Shown here: piece after piece, positions 38,075 to 48,974 of the stretch
How the letters are laid out: each line of letters begins with the position of its first letter
Numbering within the stretch: the stretch's first letter is position 1
Source of the DNA: Gammaproteobacteria bacterium
GTDB taxonomy: Bacteria; Pseudomonadota; Gammaproteobacteria; DSM-19610
Reading direction: 5' to 3'
Assembly (NCBI GenBank): GCA_026197075.1
Contig: JAPHQV010000030.1
Coordinates: forward strand, 4,531 to 68,530
DNA: 64,000 nt
Position numbers and translations under genes: made by a program
The notes under the pieces: generated by a model
The model's database searches: none
What the model saw: the letters and a program-made list of their open reading frames with translations, nothing else
Told to the model about the DNA's origin: nothing

Positions 38075-38935
38075 ATGCATGCTTTTCTGCACCGCTCGCT
38101 GTTGATCCTGCTCCTGCTCCCCGCCCTGGGGCTGGCTGATGATACCCGCATCCAGGTCATCGAGCTGCAGGGACGTTCGGCCCAGGAAATGATCCCTCTC
38201 ATACAACCCCTGCTCGATGAGGGCGATGCCATAACGGGCACTGGCTACCAATTGATTCTGCGCACCAGGCCGGAAAACCTCGCCCGTATCGAAGCCGTGG
38301 TGAAACGTCTCGACCAGGCACCGAAACGCTTGCGCATTTCGGTGCACAGGGGTGAGCTCGATACGCGGGAGCAGTACCGTCACGACGTACAGCTGGAGCG
38401 AGAATCCGACGGGATTCGACTGGACACCGGCGCAGCGCGCAATGGCGGGGGCCTGGTGGTGGAACAGCGCGATAGGACTGGAAGCGCCGCTGTGCGCATG
38501 GAAAGCACCCGCCGGGTACGCGATGCCGACCAGCGCCAGCAGGTGCAGACCCTGGAAGGGCAAGCCGCCTATATTGCCACGGGCGTTGCCTTCCCCTATG
38601 TCAGCCAGGTGGAGCGCTACGGATCGCGTGTCACGGGTACCGGCATCGAATACCGGGAAGCCAATACCGGATTTTATGTGCTGGCCCGCCTGCGTGGAGA
38701 CGGCCAGGTGCAACTGGACATCAGTCCTCACAAAGCGGAGCTGAGTCCCCGTGGCGGGGGCATGGTGGAAACCAGCGCATTGGTCACCAGCGTATCCGGT
38801 CCCATCGATACCTGGCTGGAGCTGGGCGGCATCGGCGAGACCCGCAACCAGGACGCACAGGGATACACCCGTAGCCGGCGCACTCGTGACCACCAGGAGG
38901 AACAGCTCTGGTTCCGGGTGGAGGTGCTGGACTGA
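38075..38935 (+). CDS. short secretin-like outer-membrane protein (secretin N-domain plus truncated beta region)
   Basis: Signal peptide MHAFLHRSLLILLLLPALGLA. RIQVIELQGRSAQEMIPLIQPLL...RIEAVVKRLD resembles a secretin N/NolW-like domain. The C-terminal half is beta-rich. It starts 8 nt after the previous stop. Confidence 0.55.
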   Translation: MHAFLHRSLLILLLLPALGLADDTRIQVIELQGRSAQEMIPLIQPLLDEGDAITGTGYQLILRTRPENLARIEAVVKRLDQAPKRLRISVHRGELDTREQYRHDVQLERESDGIRLDTGAARNGGGLVVEQRDRTGSAAVRMESTRRVRDADQRQQVQTLEGQAAYIATGVAFPYVSQVERYGSRVTGTGIEYREANTGFYVLARLRGDGQVQLDISPHKAELSPRGGGMVETSALVTSVSGPIDTWLELGGIGETRNQDAQGYTRSRRTRDHQEEQLWFRVEVLD

Positions 38936-38956
38936 GGCACAGGCCGGCCGCTCCCT

Positions 38957-39577
38957 TCAGGAACCCGCTCTCCATTCTTCGCGCAGTCGCTCACGATTGG
39001 CCGCCAGCCATTGCAGCGCGATAATAGGCGTGGCGGAAGGAATGCCGCCCTTGCTCAGCAATTCCATGGCCTGAGCGCTGGGTACGGCCATGGCACGAAT
39101 GTCCTCGTGCTCGGCGGCGATGCCGAACAGGCCACCGCCGCGGGAACTGTCCACCTTGCCGCAGTACAGGGTGATCTGTTCCGAACTGCCACCGGGACTC
39201 ACCAGATAGCGGCAGATGAATTCCAGTCGCTCAATGATGCAGCCGGCCTCTTCCCGCGCTTCGCGCCTTACCACGTCTTCCGCCGTCTCGCCCGGCTCGA
39301 TGATACCGGCGACGATCTCTCGCACCCAGGCCCCCTCCGGAAGCTCCAGTGCGCCGATGCGAAATTGCTCGATCAAGATCACCTCGTCGCGCACCGGGTC
39401 GTAGGGCAGCACGGCCGCCGCATGGCCGCGCTCGAGCAGTTCCCGCACCAGGTTGCCGCTCATGCCGCCGGCATAGAGGCTATGGCGCAGGGTATAGCGT
39501 TCCAGCTGGAAGAACCCCCGGTAGACGATCTCCCGCTTGATGATGTCGACCTGTTGCGCTTCTCGTTCCATATTCAT
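38957..39577 (-). CDS. nudF: ADP-ribose pyrophosphatase (NudF-type NUDIX)
   Basis: 206 aa. YRGFFQLERYTLRH..., Nudix box GIIEPGETAEDVVRREAREEAG. ATGA overlap with the upstream Lon-like gene. Confidence 0.85.
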   Translation of the reverse strand: MNMEREAQQVDIIKREIVYRGFFQLERYTLRHSLYAGGMSGNLVRELLERGHAAAVLPYDPVRDEVILIEQFRIGALELPEGAWVREIVAGIIEPGETAEDVVRREAREEAGCIIERLEFICRYLVSPGGSSEQITLYCGKVDSSRGGGLFGIAAEHEDIRAMAVPSAQAMELLSKGGIPSATPIIALQWLAANRERLREEWRAGS

Positions 39578-41679
39578 TCGTCTTCCGTATGCTTGTCCCG
39601 TTCCTCACCACAGGGAGGATTTTCCTGCTCCTGACGCAGACGGGCAAATTCCAGCAGACGCGAGGCCACCCGGCCATTGATGGTATCAAGGGGAAACTCT
39701 CCGTGTTCATCACACTGACCGGCCTCCAGGCCGATCAACAAGGCCATGGCCTGGTCCACATGGTCGACGGCGTACAGGTGGAAACGACCCGCATGTACCG
39801 CCCGCACCAGGTCCTGACGCAACATCAGGTTGACCATATTGCTGGCCGGCAGGATGACGCCCTGCTCTCCCGTAAGACCGCGGGCAACGCAGATATCGAA
39901 AAATCCCTCGATTTTTTCGTTGACCGCACCCACGGACTGTACTTCTCCGAACTGGTTGACGGAACCGGTAACCCCCAGGTACTGGGCCATGGGCAAGTCC
40001 GCAAGCGCGGACAGCAGGGCGCACAATTCCCCCAGTGAGGCACTGTCACCGTCCAGGGGACCGTAGCTCTGTTCGAACACCAGGCTGGCGGTCACCGACA
40101 GGGTACGGGTACGCGCATAACGGGCACCCACGAACTGCGACAGGATCATCACACCCTTGGAATGCAAGGCCCCGCCCAATTGCGCCTCGCGCTCGATATC
40201 GATGATCTCCCCCTCACCCAGCCAGGCGGTTGCGGTAATGCGTGACGGCAGGCCGAAGACGTAGTCGCCCGCCTCCACCACCATCAGGCCATTGACCTGG
40301 GCCGCCAACCGCCCTTCCGTATGAATCATCACGTTGTTGCGCAGGATATCCTCATGGAAGCGCTCCCGTACCCGGTTGGCGCGTCGTTCCCATTCCTGGA
40401 TCGACCGTTCCACATGTTCCCGCCGCATGCAGTCGGAACCGGCCTGACGCGCCCAGTAATCCGTTTCTCGCAGGATATCCGCCAGCAGCCCCAGATTGGT
40501 GGTGATGCGCTCGGCATCCTCCACCAGCCTGGCGCCCTCTTCGATCATTCTGGCCACGGCCTCGACCCGCATGGGCAGCAATGCTTCCCGCTGGATGAGA
40601 CTGGCCAGCATGGTCACGTAGGCGGCTTGGTTGGTGGCATTCCATTCCAGGCGATCATCGAAATCCACCTGCACCTTGAACAGGCGCAGGAAATCCGCAT
40701 CCTGTTCGGCCAGCTGATAATACAGATCGCGTTCGCCGATCATGACCACCTGTAAGCGCACGGGCAGGGCCGTGGGGGCGAAGGCGACTCCTTCGGTACC
40801 ACTGTGCGAACGCTCTGGTTCCAGCCGGTCGGTGGCCAGCAGTTGCTTGAAATCCCGCCACAGTTCCATGTCCGCCAGCAGGTTTTCGACATCGAGGACG
40901 AGGTAACCACCATTGGCACGTTGCACTGCCCCGGCGCGTAGCAGGCGCAGGTCTTCCTGGCCACTGCCCGGCTGGATACGTGGCTCGATGGCACCGAACA
41001 GGGAGCTGCGACCCTTCCCACTCCAGTATTCCAGGGGCGCGCCCTCCGCGCCCTCACGGCTTACCAGGAGATGAACCTGGTAGCGGCCGGCCAGAGAGCC
41101 CGGGTCGTCCAGCCAGGACTCCAGCCGACCCATGTCCTGTAACTCCCCGTGCAGGCGCTCCAGTTGTTGCAGAAGATCTGCGGCCAGGGCATCAAGGTAG
41201 TCCGCCAGGGTGGCAATACTGGCCCAGCGCTCGCGAAGTCCGGCCAGCATGGGAGCGATGGCCTGCGCGGCCAGTTCCCATTCGAAGGACTTGATCGTGT
41301 TGGCAAGGTCCGCCAGCCAGGCCTGCATGCTGGCCACGAAGGGAGCGCCGCTGCCGGCCGGCAGGGACAACCAACGCGGGGCATAGGGGTCATGAAAATT
41401 GCGCACCACGCAGAGATCCTCACCGGCTGGTTCGTTCCGGACCCGACCCCGCAGTTCCTGCAAGACCAGTTCATGGCGTCCGGAACCCGGTTCACCCATG
41501 ACATAGAGGTTGTACCCTCTGCGCTGTATGCCCAGTCCGAAACGCAGGGCCTCGGCGGCACGCGTCTGCAGGTTGAGGTCCCGGGGGACCTGGAGTTCAT
41601 CGGTGGTGCTGAACCCCAGTGTCTCTGGATCACATTCCCGGCAGAGCTGCCGGGATGTCAGTACATGGTGAGGGTTCAT
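39574..41679 (-). CDS. Lon-like protease family protein (YcbZ/LonH type: AAA-like N-region plus S16 protease domain)
   Basis: 701 aa. GEPGSGRH P-loop-like. C-terminus ...FEQSYGPLDGDSASLGELCALLSALADLPMAQYLGVTGSVNQFGEVQSVGAVNEKIEGFF is colinear with E. coli YcbZ as I remember it. Confidence 0.88.
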   Translation of the reverse strand: MNPHHVLTSRQLCRECDPETLGFSTTDELQVPRDLNLQTRAAEALRFGLGIQRRGYNLYVMGEPGSGRHELVLQELRGRVRNEPAGEDLCVVRNFHDPYAPRWLSLPAGSGAPFVASMQAWLADLANTIKSFEWELAAQAIAPMLAGLRERWASIATLADYLDALAADLLQQLERLHGELQDMGRLESWLDDPGSLAGRYQVHLLVSREGAEGAPLEYWSGKGRSSLFGAIEPRIQPGSGQEDLRLLRAGAVQRANGGYLVLDVENLLADMELWRDFKQLLATDRLEPERSHSGTEGVAFAPTALPVRLQVVMIGERDLYYQLAEQDADFLRLFKVQVDFDDRLEWNATNQAAYVTMLASLIQREALLPMRVEAVARMIEEGARLVEDAERITTNLGLLADILRETDYWARQAGSDCMRREHVERSIQEWERRANRVRERFHEDILRNNVMIHTEGRLAAQVNGLMVVEAGDYVFGLPSRITATAWLGEGEIIDIEREAQLGGALHSKGVMILSQFVGARYARTRTLSVTASLVFEQSYGPLDGDSASLGELCALLSALADLPMAQYLGVTGSVNQFGEVQSVGAVNEKIEGFFDICVARGLTGEQGVILPASNMVNLMLRQDLVRAVHAGRFHLYAVDHVDQAMALLIGLEAGQCDEHGEFPLDTINGRVASRLLEFARLRQEQENPPCGEERDKHTEDE

Positions 41680-41785
41680 GGCGGGGCGTCGGCACTTTCT
41701 CTAAAGGAGGTTTCCGCCATGATAACGGAAAGCGCCCCGTCGTTCCCGGTCCGCGCAGTGGATCAGCTTCAAGTCCGAAAGACTC

Positions 41786-43066
41786 CTAGGCCGGCTCCTC
41801 TGGCAGGGTGAAGCAGAAGCGGCTACCCTGTCCCAGGATGGATTCGGCCCAGATTTTTCCGCCATGGCGACGGATGACCCGTTGCACCAGGGCCAGGCCG
41901 ATTCCGGAACCCTCGAAACCGACATCGTGGTGCAGTTTGTGAAAGAGGGTAAAGAGCTTGTTGGCATAGCGCATGTCAAAGCCGATCCCGTTGTCTTCAA
42001 TCACGAATACCGTCTCGCTCCCCTGGACCTCGCGGTACAGACGTACCCGCGGATTATCGACGCGCGCAGTGAACTTCCAGGCATTATCCACCAGCTGCAT
42101 CAGCATTTCCTTGAACATATAGCGGTCCGCCAGGATACGGAGATCCGCCTCGATATCGCAGTGGACCTCATGTTCGTAACGCCAGGATTCCCGCATGCTG
42201 GTCACCACTTCTTCCATGAGACGGCTCAGGTTCACGGGACTGAGCATGATCTCGGTACTGGACATACTACGCAGGTGGCCGAGGTCATCGATTTGTTGTT
42301 GCATGCGCTGGCCGGCCTTGTGGATACGATGACAATAATCCGCCACCAGACCGTCTTGATCCAGCTCCCTTATCTCCTCCAGCACCGCCGCGCTGAAACC
42401 GCACACGGAACGTAAAGGTGCGCGGAGATCATGATTGATCACGTCATAAATGCCATTCAACTCCCGGTAGGCGACACCCAGGTCCGTGCCCAGCTGTGCG
42501 ATCTCCTGCTCCAGCGCCTCCTGGTTCGACTGCTCACCAGGCCGTTTCCAGGCCATCTCCCTGGCAATGCGGGTGGCGTACACCCGCAGAACCGACTGTT
42601 GCTCCATGGACAGGTGCATCGGCTTGATATCGAGTATGGAAATCAATCCAGGGCCGTTGCTATAGGGTTCGCCCAGCGGCACACCGAAATAACTTTCGAT
42701 ATCCTTCGCGGCCAGGTACTCGTCCAGTGGGTAAAGGCCTTGCACCTTTTCCGGCACATACTGCTGGCGGGCATCCAGCACCGTCTGGCAGGGAGTGCCA
42801 CTCAGGGAGTATTCGACGTTCTCCTGGAATTCGCCATCCTGCCAACACAAGAATGTGCGCATGCGGGTACGCGCAGTATCGACGAAGAGACTGATGGCGA
42901 CGATGCGGGCGCCGTAGTAGGCCGCCAGGTCGCGCACGCAATTTCGGTAGAATTCAGGATCCAGCTGGGCGGAGACGCGCTGGGCCAGGCGTGACAGAGC
43001 CTCCTGGGTGCGGGTATGCTCGGCGGGGTCGCCAGTGGGCGGATCGATACCCAGATTACTTTTCAT
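41786..43066 (-). CDS. cytoplasmic GAF-domain sensor histidine kinase
   Basis: Internal ATG at 43066. H-box INHDLRAPLRSV. N/G boxes DNAWKF, DNGIGFD, GSGIGLALV. No TM segments. Confidence 0.85.
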   Translation of the reverse strand: MKSNLGIDPPTGDPAEHTRTQEALSRLAQRVSAQLDPEFYRNCVRDLAAYYGARIVAISLFVDTARTRMRTFLCWQDGEFQENVEYSLSGTPCQTVLDARQQYVPEKVQGLYPLDEYLAAKDIESYFGVPLGEPYSNGPGLISILDIKPMHLSMEQQSVLRVYATRIAREMAWKRPGEQSNQEALEQEIAQLGTDLGVAYRELNGIYDVINHDLRAPLRSVCGFSAAVLEEIRELDQDGLVADYCHRIHKAGQRMQQQIDDLGHLRSMSSTEIMLSPVNLSRLMEEVVTSMRESWRYEHEVHCDIEADLRILADRYMFKEMLMQLVDNAWKFTARVDNPRVRLYREVQGSETVFVIEDNGIGFDMRYANKLFTLFHKLHHDVGFEGSGIGLALVQRVIRRHGGKIWAESILGQGSRFCFTLPEEPA

Positions 43067-43398
43067 GATGACAGCCCCCTGCCGGGGCACTGTCCGGAAA
43101 ACGCACGGGATCGAATCCCGCGATAGACCGTGATTTTCTGCACAAACCACCTCAGAAATTGTATTGATGCGCAAATAGTAACCATGGAAACATCATGGTG
43201 TGCGCAAACCCGAATAGTGCCCACTCCAATGTGGCAAGTCCAGCCCCAAAAATTCCGTGCCGGAGCAAGACGCCCGAAACCGGATCTGTGGGTGCGTTGT
43301 GCCCGGCTGGCGGGGTGAAAACGGCCCCACAAGCCTGCGTTTTTCATCCATGTTACAATTAACGCTTTACGAGCAATTCCCAGGTAATTGATACCAAA

Positions 43399-46300
43399 AT
43401 GAAAAATTTCACCGATCTGCTACAAGACCGCATCCTCGTTCTCGATGGCGCCATGGGCACCATGATCCAGTCCTACCGGCTGGAGGAAGCAGACTACCGT
43501 GGCGAACGGTTCAAGGACTGGACCAGCGACCTCAAGGGCAACAATGACCTGCTGTCCCTGACCCAGCCGGACATCATCCGGGATATCCACAAGGCCTACC
43601 TGGATGCCGGTGCGGACATCGTCGAGACCAACACCTTCAACTCCACTGCCACCTCGCTGGCGGACTACGGTCAGGAAGACCTGGTTCACGAACTCAATTT
43701 CGCCTCCGCCCGACTGGCGCGTGAGGCCTGTGAGGCTGTCGGCACACCCGATCGCCCCCGTTTCGTCGCCGGCGTGCTCGGCCCGACCAGCAAAACGGCG
43801 TCCATATCTCCCGACGTGAACAATCCCGGCTATCGCAATATCAGTTTCGATGCCCTGTGCGACACCTACTACGAGGCCACCAAGGGCCTGGTGGAAGGCG
43901 GCGCCGACCTGATCCTCATCGAGACCATCTTCGATACCCTCAATGCAAAAGCCGCGGCCTTTGCCGTGGAAACCTATTTCGAGGACACCGGGAACCGGTT
44001 GCCGGTGATGATCTCCGGTACCATTACCGATGCGTCCGGCCGCACTCTGTCGGGGCAAACCGTCGAGGCCTTCTTCAACTCCCTGCGTCACATCAAGCCG
44101 GTATCCCTGGGTTTCAACTGCGCCCTGGGCGCCAAGCAGCTACGCGAGCACATCGAGGAACTGGCCGGCATCGCCGACTGCGGCGTCAATGCCCATCCCA
44201 ACGCCGGACTGCCCAATGAATTCGGCGAATACGATGAATCACCCGAAGCCATGGCCAAGGAAATCGGCGAATGGGCCGCAGCGGGTTTTCTCAATATCAT
44301 TGGCGGCTGCTGCGGCACTACTCCGGCACACATCAAGGCTATCGCCGAAGCGGTCCAGCCCCATGCACCGCGCAAGATCCTGCCCCACGACCATACCCTG
44401 CGCCTGTCCGGCCTGGAGCCATGCAACATCCGTGACGACTCCCTGTTCGTAAACGTGGGAGAGCGCACCAACGTCACGGGTTCCGCTGCCTTCAAGCGCC
44501 TCATTCTCAACGGTGAATATGACAAGGCCCTCGACGTGGCCCGCCAGCAGGTGGAAAACGGCGCCCAGATCATCGACATCAACATGGATGAAGGCATGCT
44601 TGATGGCCAGGAGGCCATGGTCACCTTCCTGAACCTGATTGCCTCGGAACCGGATATTTCGCGTGTCCCGGTAATGATCGACTCGTCCAAGTGGCCGATC
44701 CTGGAGGCCGGCCTCAAATGCATCCAGGGCAAGGGTATCGTCAATTCCATTTCCATGAAGGAAGGCGAGGAAGAATTCATCCGCCAGGCCAGGCTGTGCC
44801 GCAAGTATGGCGCGGCGGTAATCGTGATGGCTTTCGACGAAACCGGCCAGGCAGACACCAAGCAACGCAAGGTCGAGATCTGTAGCCGTGCCTACAAGCT
44901 TCTCACCGAGCAGGTTGGCTTCCCGGCGGAAGACATCATCTTCGACCCCAACATCTTCGCCATTGCCACCGGCATCGATGAACACAATAACTACGGCGTC
45001 GATTTCATCGAAGCCGTACAAGAAATTAAGCACAACCTGCCCTATGCCAGGATCAGTGGCGGGGTTTCCAACGTTTCCTTCTCCTTCCGTGGCAACAACC
45101 CCGTCCGTGAAGCCATACATGCCGTTTTTCTCTATCATGCCATCAAGGCCGGGATGGACATGGGGATCGTAAATGCCGGACAGCTGGCCATTTACGAGGA
45201 AATTCCCCAGGAGTTGCGCGACTGCGTGGAGGATGTAGTACTGAACCGCAACCCAGACGCAACCGAGCGCCTGCTGGACATTGCCGCCAAGTACAAGGGT
45301 GACGGCAGCGGCACCGAGCGTAAGGAGGACCTGGCCTGGCGCGAGTGGCCCGTCACCAAGCGCCTCGAGCACGCCCTTGTGAAGGGGATCGACGCCTATG
45401 TCGACGAAGATACCGAGGAGGCCCGCCAGAAATATGACCGGCCTATCCAGGTCATCGAAGGCCCGCTCATGGACGGTATGAACGTGGTTGGCGACCTGTT
45501 CGGTGCCGGCAAGATGTTCCTGCCCCAGGTGGTGAAATCCGCCCGGGTGATGAAAAAGGCCGTCGCCTACCTCCTTCCCTACATCGAGGCCGAAAAAGAC
45601 GCCAATTCCAAGGCCAAGGGACGCATCCTGATGGCCACCGTGAAAGGCGACGTGCACGATATCGGTAAAAACATCGTAGGCGTAGTACTACAGTGCAACA
45701 ACTTCGAGGTCATCGACATGGGCGTGATGGTGCCGGCCCAGAAGATCCTCGACAAGGCCCGTGAGGAGAAGGTCGACATCATCGGTCTATCCGGCCTGAT
45801 CACACCTTCGCTAGATGAAATGTCCCACATGGCGAAGGAAATGCAGCGCGAAGGCTTCACCATTCCACTGATGATCGGTGGCGCCACCACTTCCCGGGTA
45901 CATACGGCCGTAAAGATCGAGCCCGGTTACCAGGGCGCCACGGTCTATGTGAAGGACGCCTCGCGCGCCGTGGGCGTGGCCCAGAACCTGGTCAGCGAGG
46001 ATAATGCCAAGACCTTTGTGGCCAAGATAAAGGAAGAGTACGAGTCCGTACGTGAAATGCACAAGGGAAAATCCCGCAAGACCGACTGGATCTCCCTCGC
46101 GGAAGCGCGCGCCAACAAGTCGAAAATCGATTGGAAGGACTACAAGCCCACCGCACCCTCCTTCACCGGCACGCGGGTCTTCGACGACTACCCGCTCGAG
46201 GAGATCGCCCGCTATATCGACTGGACCCCCTTCTTCAAGGCCTGGGAACTGGCAGGCAGCTATCCAAAGATCCTGGAGGACGAAACCGTCGGTGAACATG

Positions 46301-47103
46301 CCCGCAACCTGTTCGAGGACGCACGGGAAATGCTCCAAAAACTGATTGACGAGAAATGGCTCAAGGCTCGTGCCGTCATTGGACTCTTTCCCGCAAACCA
46401 GGTGAACGATGACGACATTGAACTCTACAGCGATGACCGTCGTGAGCAGGTGCTGACCACCCTGCACCACTTGCGCCAGCAGACCCGCAAGCCACCGGGT
46501 CGCCCGAACCAGTGCCTCGCTGATTTCGTGGCGCCCCGCGAAACCGCGATCAAGGACTTTATGGGTGCCTTCGCAGTCACGGCCGGCATCGGCATCGACG
46601 AACATGTCAAGCGCTTCGAGGCCGGTCACGATGACTACCAGGCCATCATGCTCAAGGCACTTGCCGATCGCCTGGCCGAGGCCTTTGCTGAGCTCATGCA
46701 TGAGCGTGTCCGGAAGGAATACTGGGGCTACGCCACCAGCGAGGAGCTCGGCAACGAACAGCTCATCAAGGAAGAGTACCAGGGCATCCGCCCGGCCCCG
46801 GGTTACCCGGCCTGCCCTGACCACACGGAAAAAGCATTACTCTGGGAGCTTCTCGAACCCAATCAGCGCATCGGACTGCATATCACCGAATCCTTTGCCA
46901 TGACTCCCACCGCCGCGGTCAGTGGCTGGTACTTCGGCCATCCCGATGCCAAATATTTCGGGCTCGGCAAGATCAACCACGATCAGGTGGAAGACTATGC
47001 ACGGCGCAAGGGCATGAGCCTGGCCGAGGCAGAACGCTGGTTGTCACCCAACCTGGGTTACGACCCCGACGAGCAACAGGAAGATCGGGCAGCCACTGCG
47101 TGA
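43399..47103 (+). CDS. metH: cobalamin-dependent methionine synthase
   Basis: 1234 aa with all modules. B12 motif [11 protein letters not shown]. Confidence 0.98.
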   Translation: MKNFTDLLQDRILVLDGAMGTMIQSYRLEEADYRGERFKDWTSDLKGNNDLLSLTQPDIIRDIHKAYLDAGADIVETNTFNSTATSLADYGQEDLVHELNFASARLAREACEAVGTPDRPRFVAGVLGPTSKTASISPDVNNPGYRNISFDALCDTYYEATKGLVEGGADLILIETIFDTLNAKAAAFAVETYFEDTGNRLPVMISGTITDASGRTLSGQTVEAFFNSLRHIKPVSLGFNCALGAKQLREHIEELAGIADCGVNAHPNAGLPNEFGEYDESPEAMAKEIGEWAAAGFLNIIGGCCGTTPAHIKAIAEAVQPHAPRKILPHDHTLRLSGLEPCNIRDDSLFVNVGERTNVTGSAAFKRLILNGEYDKALDVARQQVENGAQIIDINMDEGMLDGQEAMVTFLNLIASEPDISRVPVMIDSSKWPILEAGLKCIQGKGIVNSISMKEGEEEFIRQARLCRKYGAAVIVMAFDETGQADTKQRKVEICSRAYKLLTEQVGFPAEDIIFDPNIFAIATGIDEHNNYGVDFIEAVQEIKHNLPYARISGGVSNVSFSFRGNNPVREAIHAVFLYHAIKAGMDMGIVNAGQLAIYEEIPQELRDCVEDVVLNRNPDATERLLDIAAKYKGDGSGTERKEDLAWREWPVTKRLEHALVKGIDAYVDEDTEEARQKYDRPIQVIEGPLMDGMNVVGDLFGAGKMFLPQVVKSARVMKKAVAYLLPYIEAEKDANSKAKGRILMATVKGDVHDIGKNIVGVVLQCNNFEVIDMGVMVPAQKILDKAREEKVDIIGLSGLITPSLDEMSHMAKEMQREGFTIPLMIGGATTSRVHTAVKIEPGYQGATVYVKDASRAVGVAQNLVSEDNAKTFVAKIKEEYESVREMHKGKSRKTDWISLAEARANKSKIDWKDYKPTAPSFTGTRVFDDYPLEEIARYIDWTPFFKAWELAGSYPKILEDETVGEHARNLFEDAREMLQKLIDEKWLKARAVIGLFPANQVNDDDIELYSDDRREQVLTTLHHLRQQTRKPPGRPNQCLADFVAPRETAIKDFMGAFAVTAGIGIDEHVKRFEAGHDDYQAIMLKALADRLAEAFAELMHERVRKEYWGYATSEELGNEQLIKEEYQGIRPAPGYPACPDHTEKALLWELLEPNQRIGLHITESFAMTPTAAVSGWYFGHPDAKYFGLGKINHDQVEDYARRKGMSLAEAERWLSPNLGYDPDEQQEDRAATA

Positions 47104-47201
47104 CGGACCGATAATCACGCGCGTAAATCCGGGTAAATTGCAGGCCGACACGAAGCTTCGCTACCATGCCGTCTTGCTACTCGCAGTGAGCGTATGCGGA
47201 C

Positions 47202-48065
47202 ATGTCCCGGCTTAAGCATGTGTTTGATGGCACCACGGAGAATTTCCAGCAACTGGTGCTGGAAAACTCCAGCAAGGTCCTGGTACTGGTGAATTTCTGG
47301 GCTCCGAAGGCGGATCCCTGCTTCAAGCTCTGGCGAGCGCTCGAGGGACTGAGCGAGGAATACCAGGGGCGCTTCCTGCTGGTCAATGTCAATACTGAAA
47401 GCCAGCCAGGGCTGGTGCGGGAAAGCGGGATTACCAGCGTGCCCACGCTCAAGCTTTTCAGCAAGGGCGCGGTGGTCGAGTCCATCCATGGTGCGCAATC
47501 GGAACAATCCCTGCGCAATGTCATTGATAAATACCTTCCACCGCCGCCCGGCTCGACAATCACCGCGGCCCTGCAGGCCTATCAGGCCGGTGACCCGGAC
47601 GAGGCACTGAGACTGCTGGCGGCGGCCAGCAGAAACAATCCACGCGACATGAACCTGCATACCATGACCATCAAGCTGTTGTTTCGCGAGCACCGGTTCG
47701 AGGACGTGACCCGCTACTTCTCCAGCCTGCCGGAAGAAGCCCGCCGCAACGCCGACCTGAAACACCTGAGTATTCATGCCGGGATCCTGCAACTGGCGGA
47801 GCAGGCGCCACCGGCCGAAGAACTGGATCAGCAGCTACGCGTCCATCCCGATGACCAGGAGACCCTGTTGAGCCGCGCCTCCCTGGCACTGGTGCAGGAC
47901 GATCATGAATACGCGCTGGAATGTCTGTTGCATGCCTTCCAGCAGGACCGCAACCATCGGGATGGTTTCGCGCAACAGGCCATGCTCTCCCTGTTCTCCC
48001 TTCTGGGTAGCGGACACGAACTCACCCGGACCTTCCAGCAACGCATGCGCGATACCCTTCACTAA
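47202..48065 (+). CDS. ybbN: thioredoxin-fold/TPR co-chaperone YbbN (CnoX) family
   Basis: N-terminal Trx fold with a degenerate site (FWAPKADPC), followed by TPR-like helices. Confidence 0.85.
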   Translation: MSRLKHVFDGTTENFQQLVLENSSKVLVLVNFWAPKADPCFKLWRALEGLSEEYQGRFLLVNVNTESQPGLVRESGITSVPTLKLFSKGAVVESIHGAQSEQSLRNVIDKYLPPPPGSTITAALQAYQAGDPDEALRLLAAASRNNPRDMNLHTMTIKLLFREHRFEDVTRYFSSLPEEARRNADLKHLSIHAGILQLAEQAPPAEELDQQLRVHPDDQETLLSRASLALVQDDHEYALECLLHAFQQDRNHRDGFAQQAMLSLFSLLGSGHELTRTFQQRMRDTLH

Positions 48066-48077
48066 CCTTCCTCACCA

Positions 48078-48830
48078 TCAACCCTGTTCGTGTCGCTGGC
48101 AAGGAGCGCGAAACTTCTCCGGCACATTCGGCGGACATTCTCCACAGAGCTCGTTGCCCGGCACGGCGAAGTCGATCTTGCGCGGGTAGGGAAGATCCAT
48201 GTTGTCCATGATGGCAACGAATTCTTCCAATGGTTTGTTATTGCCCAGGCGCGGGTTGCGGGCCTTTTCCTGGGCAATGGTCGATATATGGCGACCCTCG
48301 TAGTCATGGCAGGGATACACCAGAGTCTCATCCGGCAGGCTGAAGAACTTGTCATGAATGGAGCGATACAGTGTTCCGGCATCACCGGACTGAAAATCGG
48401 TGCGACCACAGGCATCGATGAGCAGGGCATCGCCGCTGAACAACAGCTTGTGGGTACCATTATCAATCAGGTAGGCATGGTGATGATTGGTATGTCCAGG
48501 GGTGAACAACGGGTGAATTTCGATATTCCCTACCCGGAAGGGAGTACCTTCGCGCACGCCGATATCCGCGCATGGAAGATCATCGATTTCCGGATAGACG
48601 ATGCGGCTGCCTGCCAGTTCCTTCAAGCGCCGCGCGCCCGTGAGATGGTCGGCGTGGATGTGTGTATCCAGGCTGTAGCTCAATTTGAGCCCCAGCTCCT
48701 GTAGCAAGTGCAGATCGCGGTCCACGGTATCCAGCACCGGATCGATCAGTACGGTCTCGCCCGTATCGGGGCAACTGAGAAGATAGGTATAGGTGCAGGA
48801 ATCCGGTTCCTGTAGCTGTCTGAAGAGCAT
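48078..48830 (-). CDS. MBL-fold hydrolase, persulfide dioxygenase (ETHE1)-like
   Basis: MLFRQLQEPDSCTYTYLL..., THIHADH metal motif. GGAGG upstream of the ATG. Confidence 0.8.
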   Translation of the reverse strand: MLFRQLQEPDSCTYTYLLSCPDTGETVLIDPVLDTVDRDLHLLQELGLKLSYSLDTHIHADHLTGARRLKELAGSRIVYPEIDDLPCADIGVREGTPFRVGNIEIHPLFTPGHTNHHHAYLIDNGTHKLLFSGDALLIDACGRTDFQSGDAGTLYRSIHDKFFSLPDETLVYPCHDYEGRHISTIAQEKARNPRLGNNKPLEEFVAIMDNMDLPYPRKIDFAVPGNELCGECPPNVPEKFRAPCQRHEQG

Positions 48831-48974
48831 TCAGTCCTCCTGTTGATCATGTCGATACCTGTAGTAGGATGGAAGCAGGATGGATAAGTTCCCGGGCATT
48901 CCCCGGTGACGATCATCCCCGGTCCGCATCGGCTCAAGTATAGACGCAATTCCACGTATACAGAGGTAAGGTTC

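Noticed and set aside
39574-41679. BrxL-type Lon-like protease, implying a BREX defence island.
   Set aside because: The protein is colinear with E. coli YcbZ (LonH), not with BrxL as far as I can judge. None of the other BREX genes (methyltransferase PglX, alkaline phosphatase PglZ, BrxA/B/C) is present nearby.
43067-43398. Riboswitch (SAH, SAM-II or cobalamin) upstream of metH.
   Set aside because: I looked for the SAH-element core (AGGAGCGCUGCGAC ... CAGGCUCGG ... GCC) and for a B12 box and found only loose resemblances (GGAGCAAGACGCCC). There is not enough to support a call.
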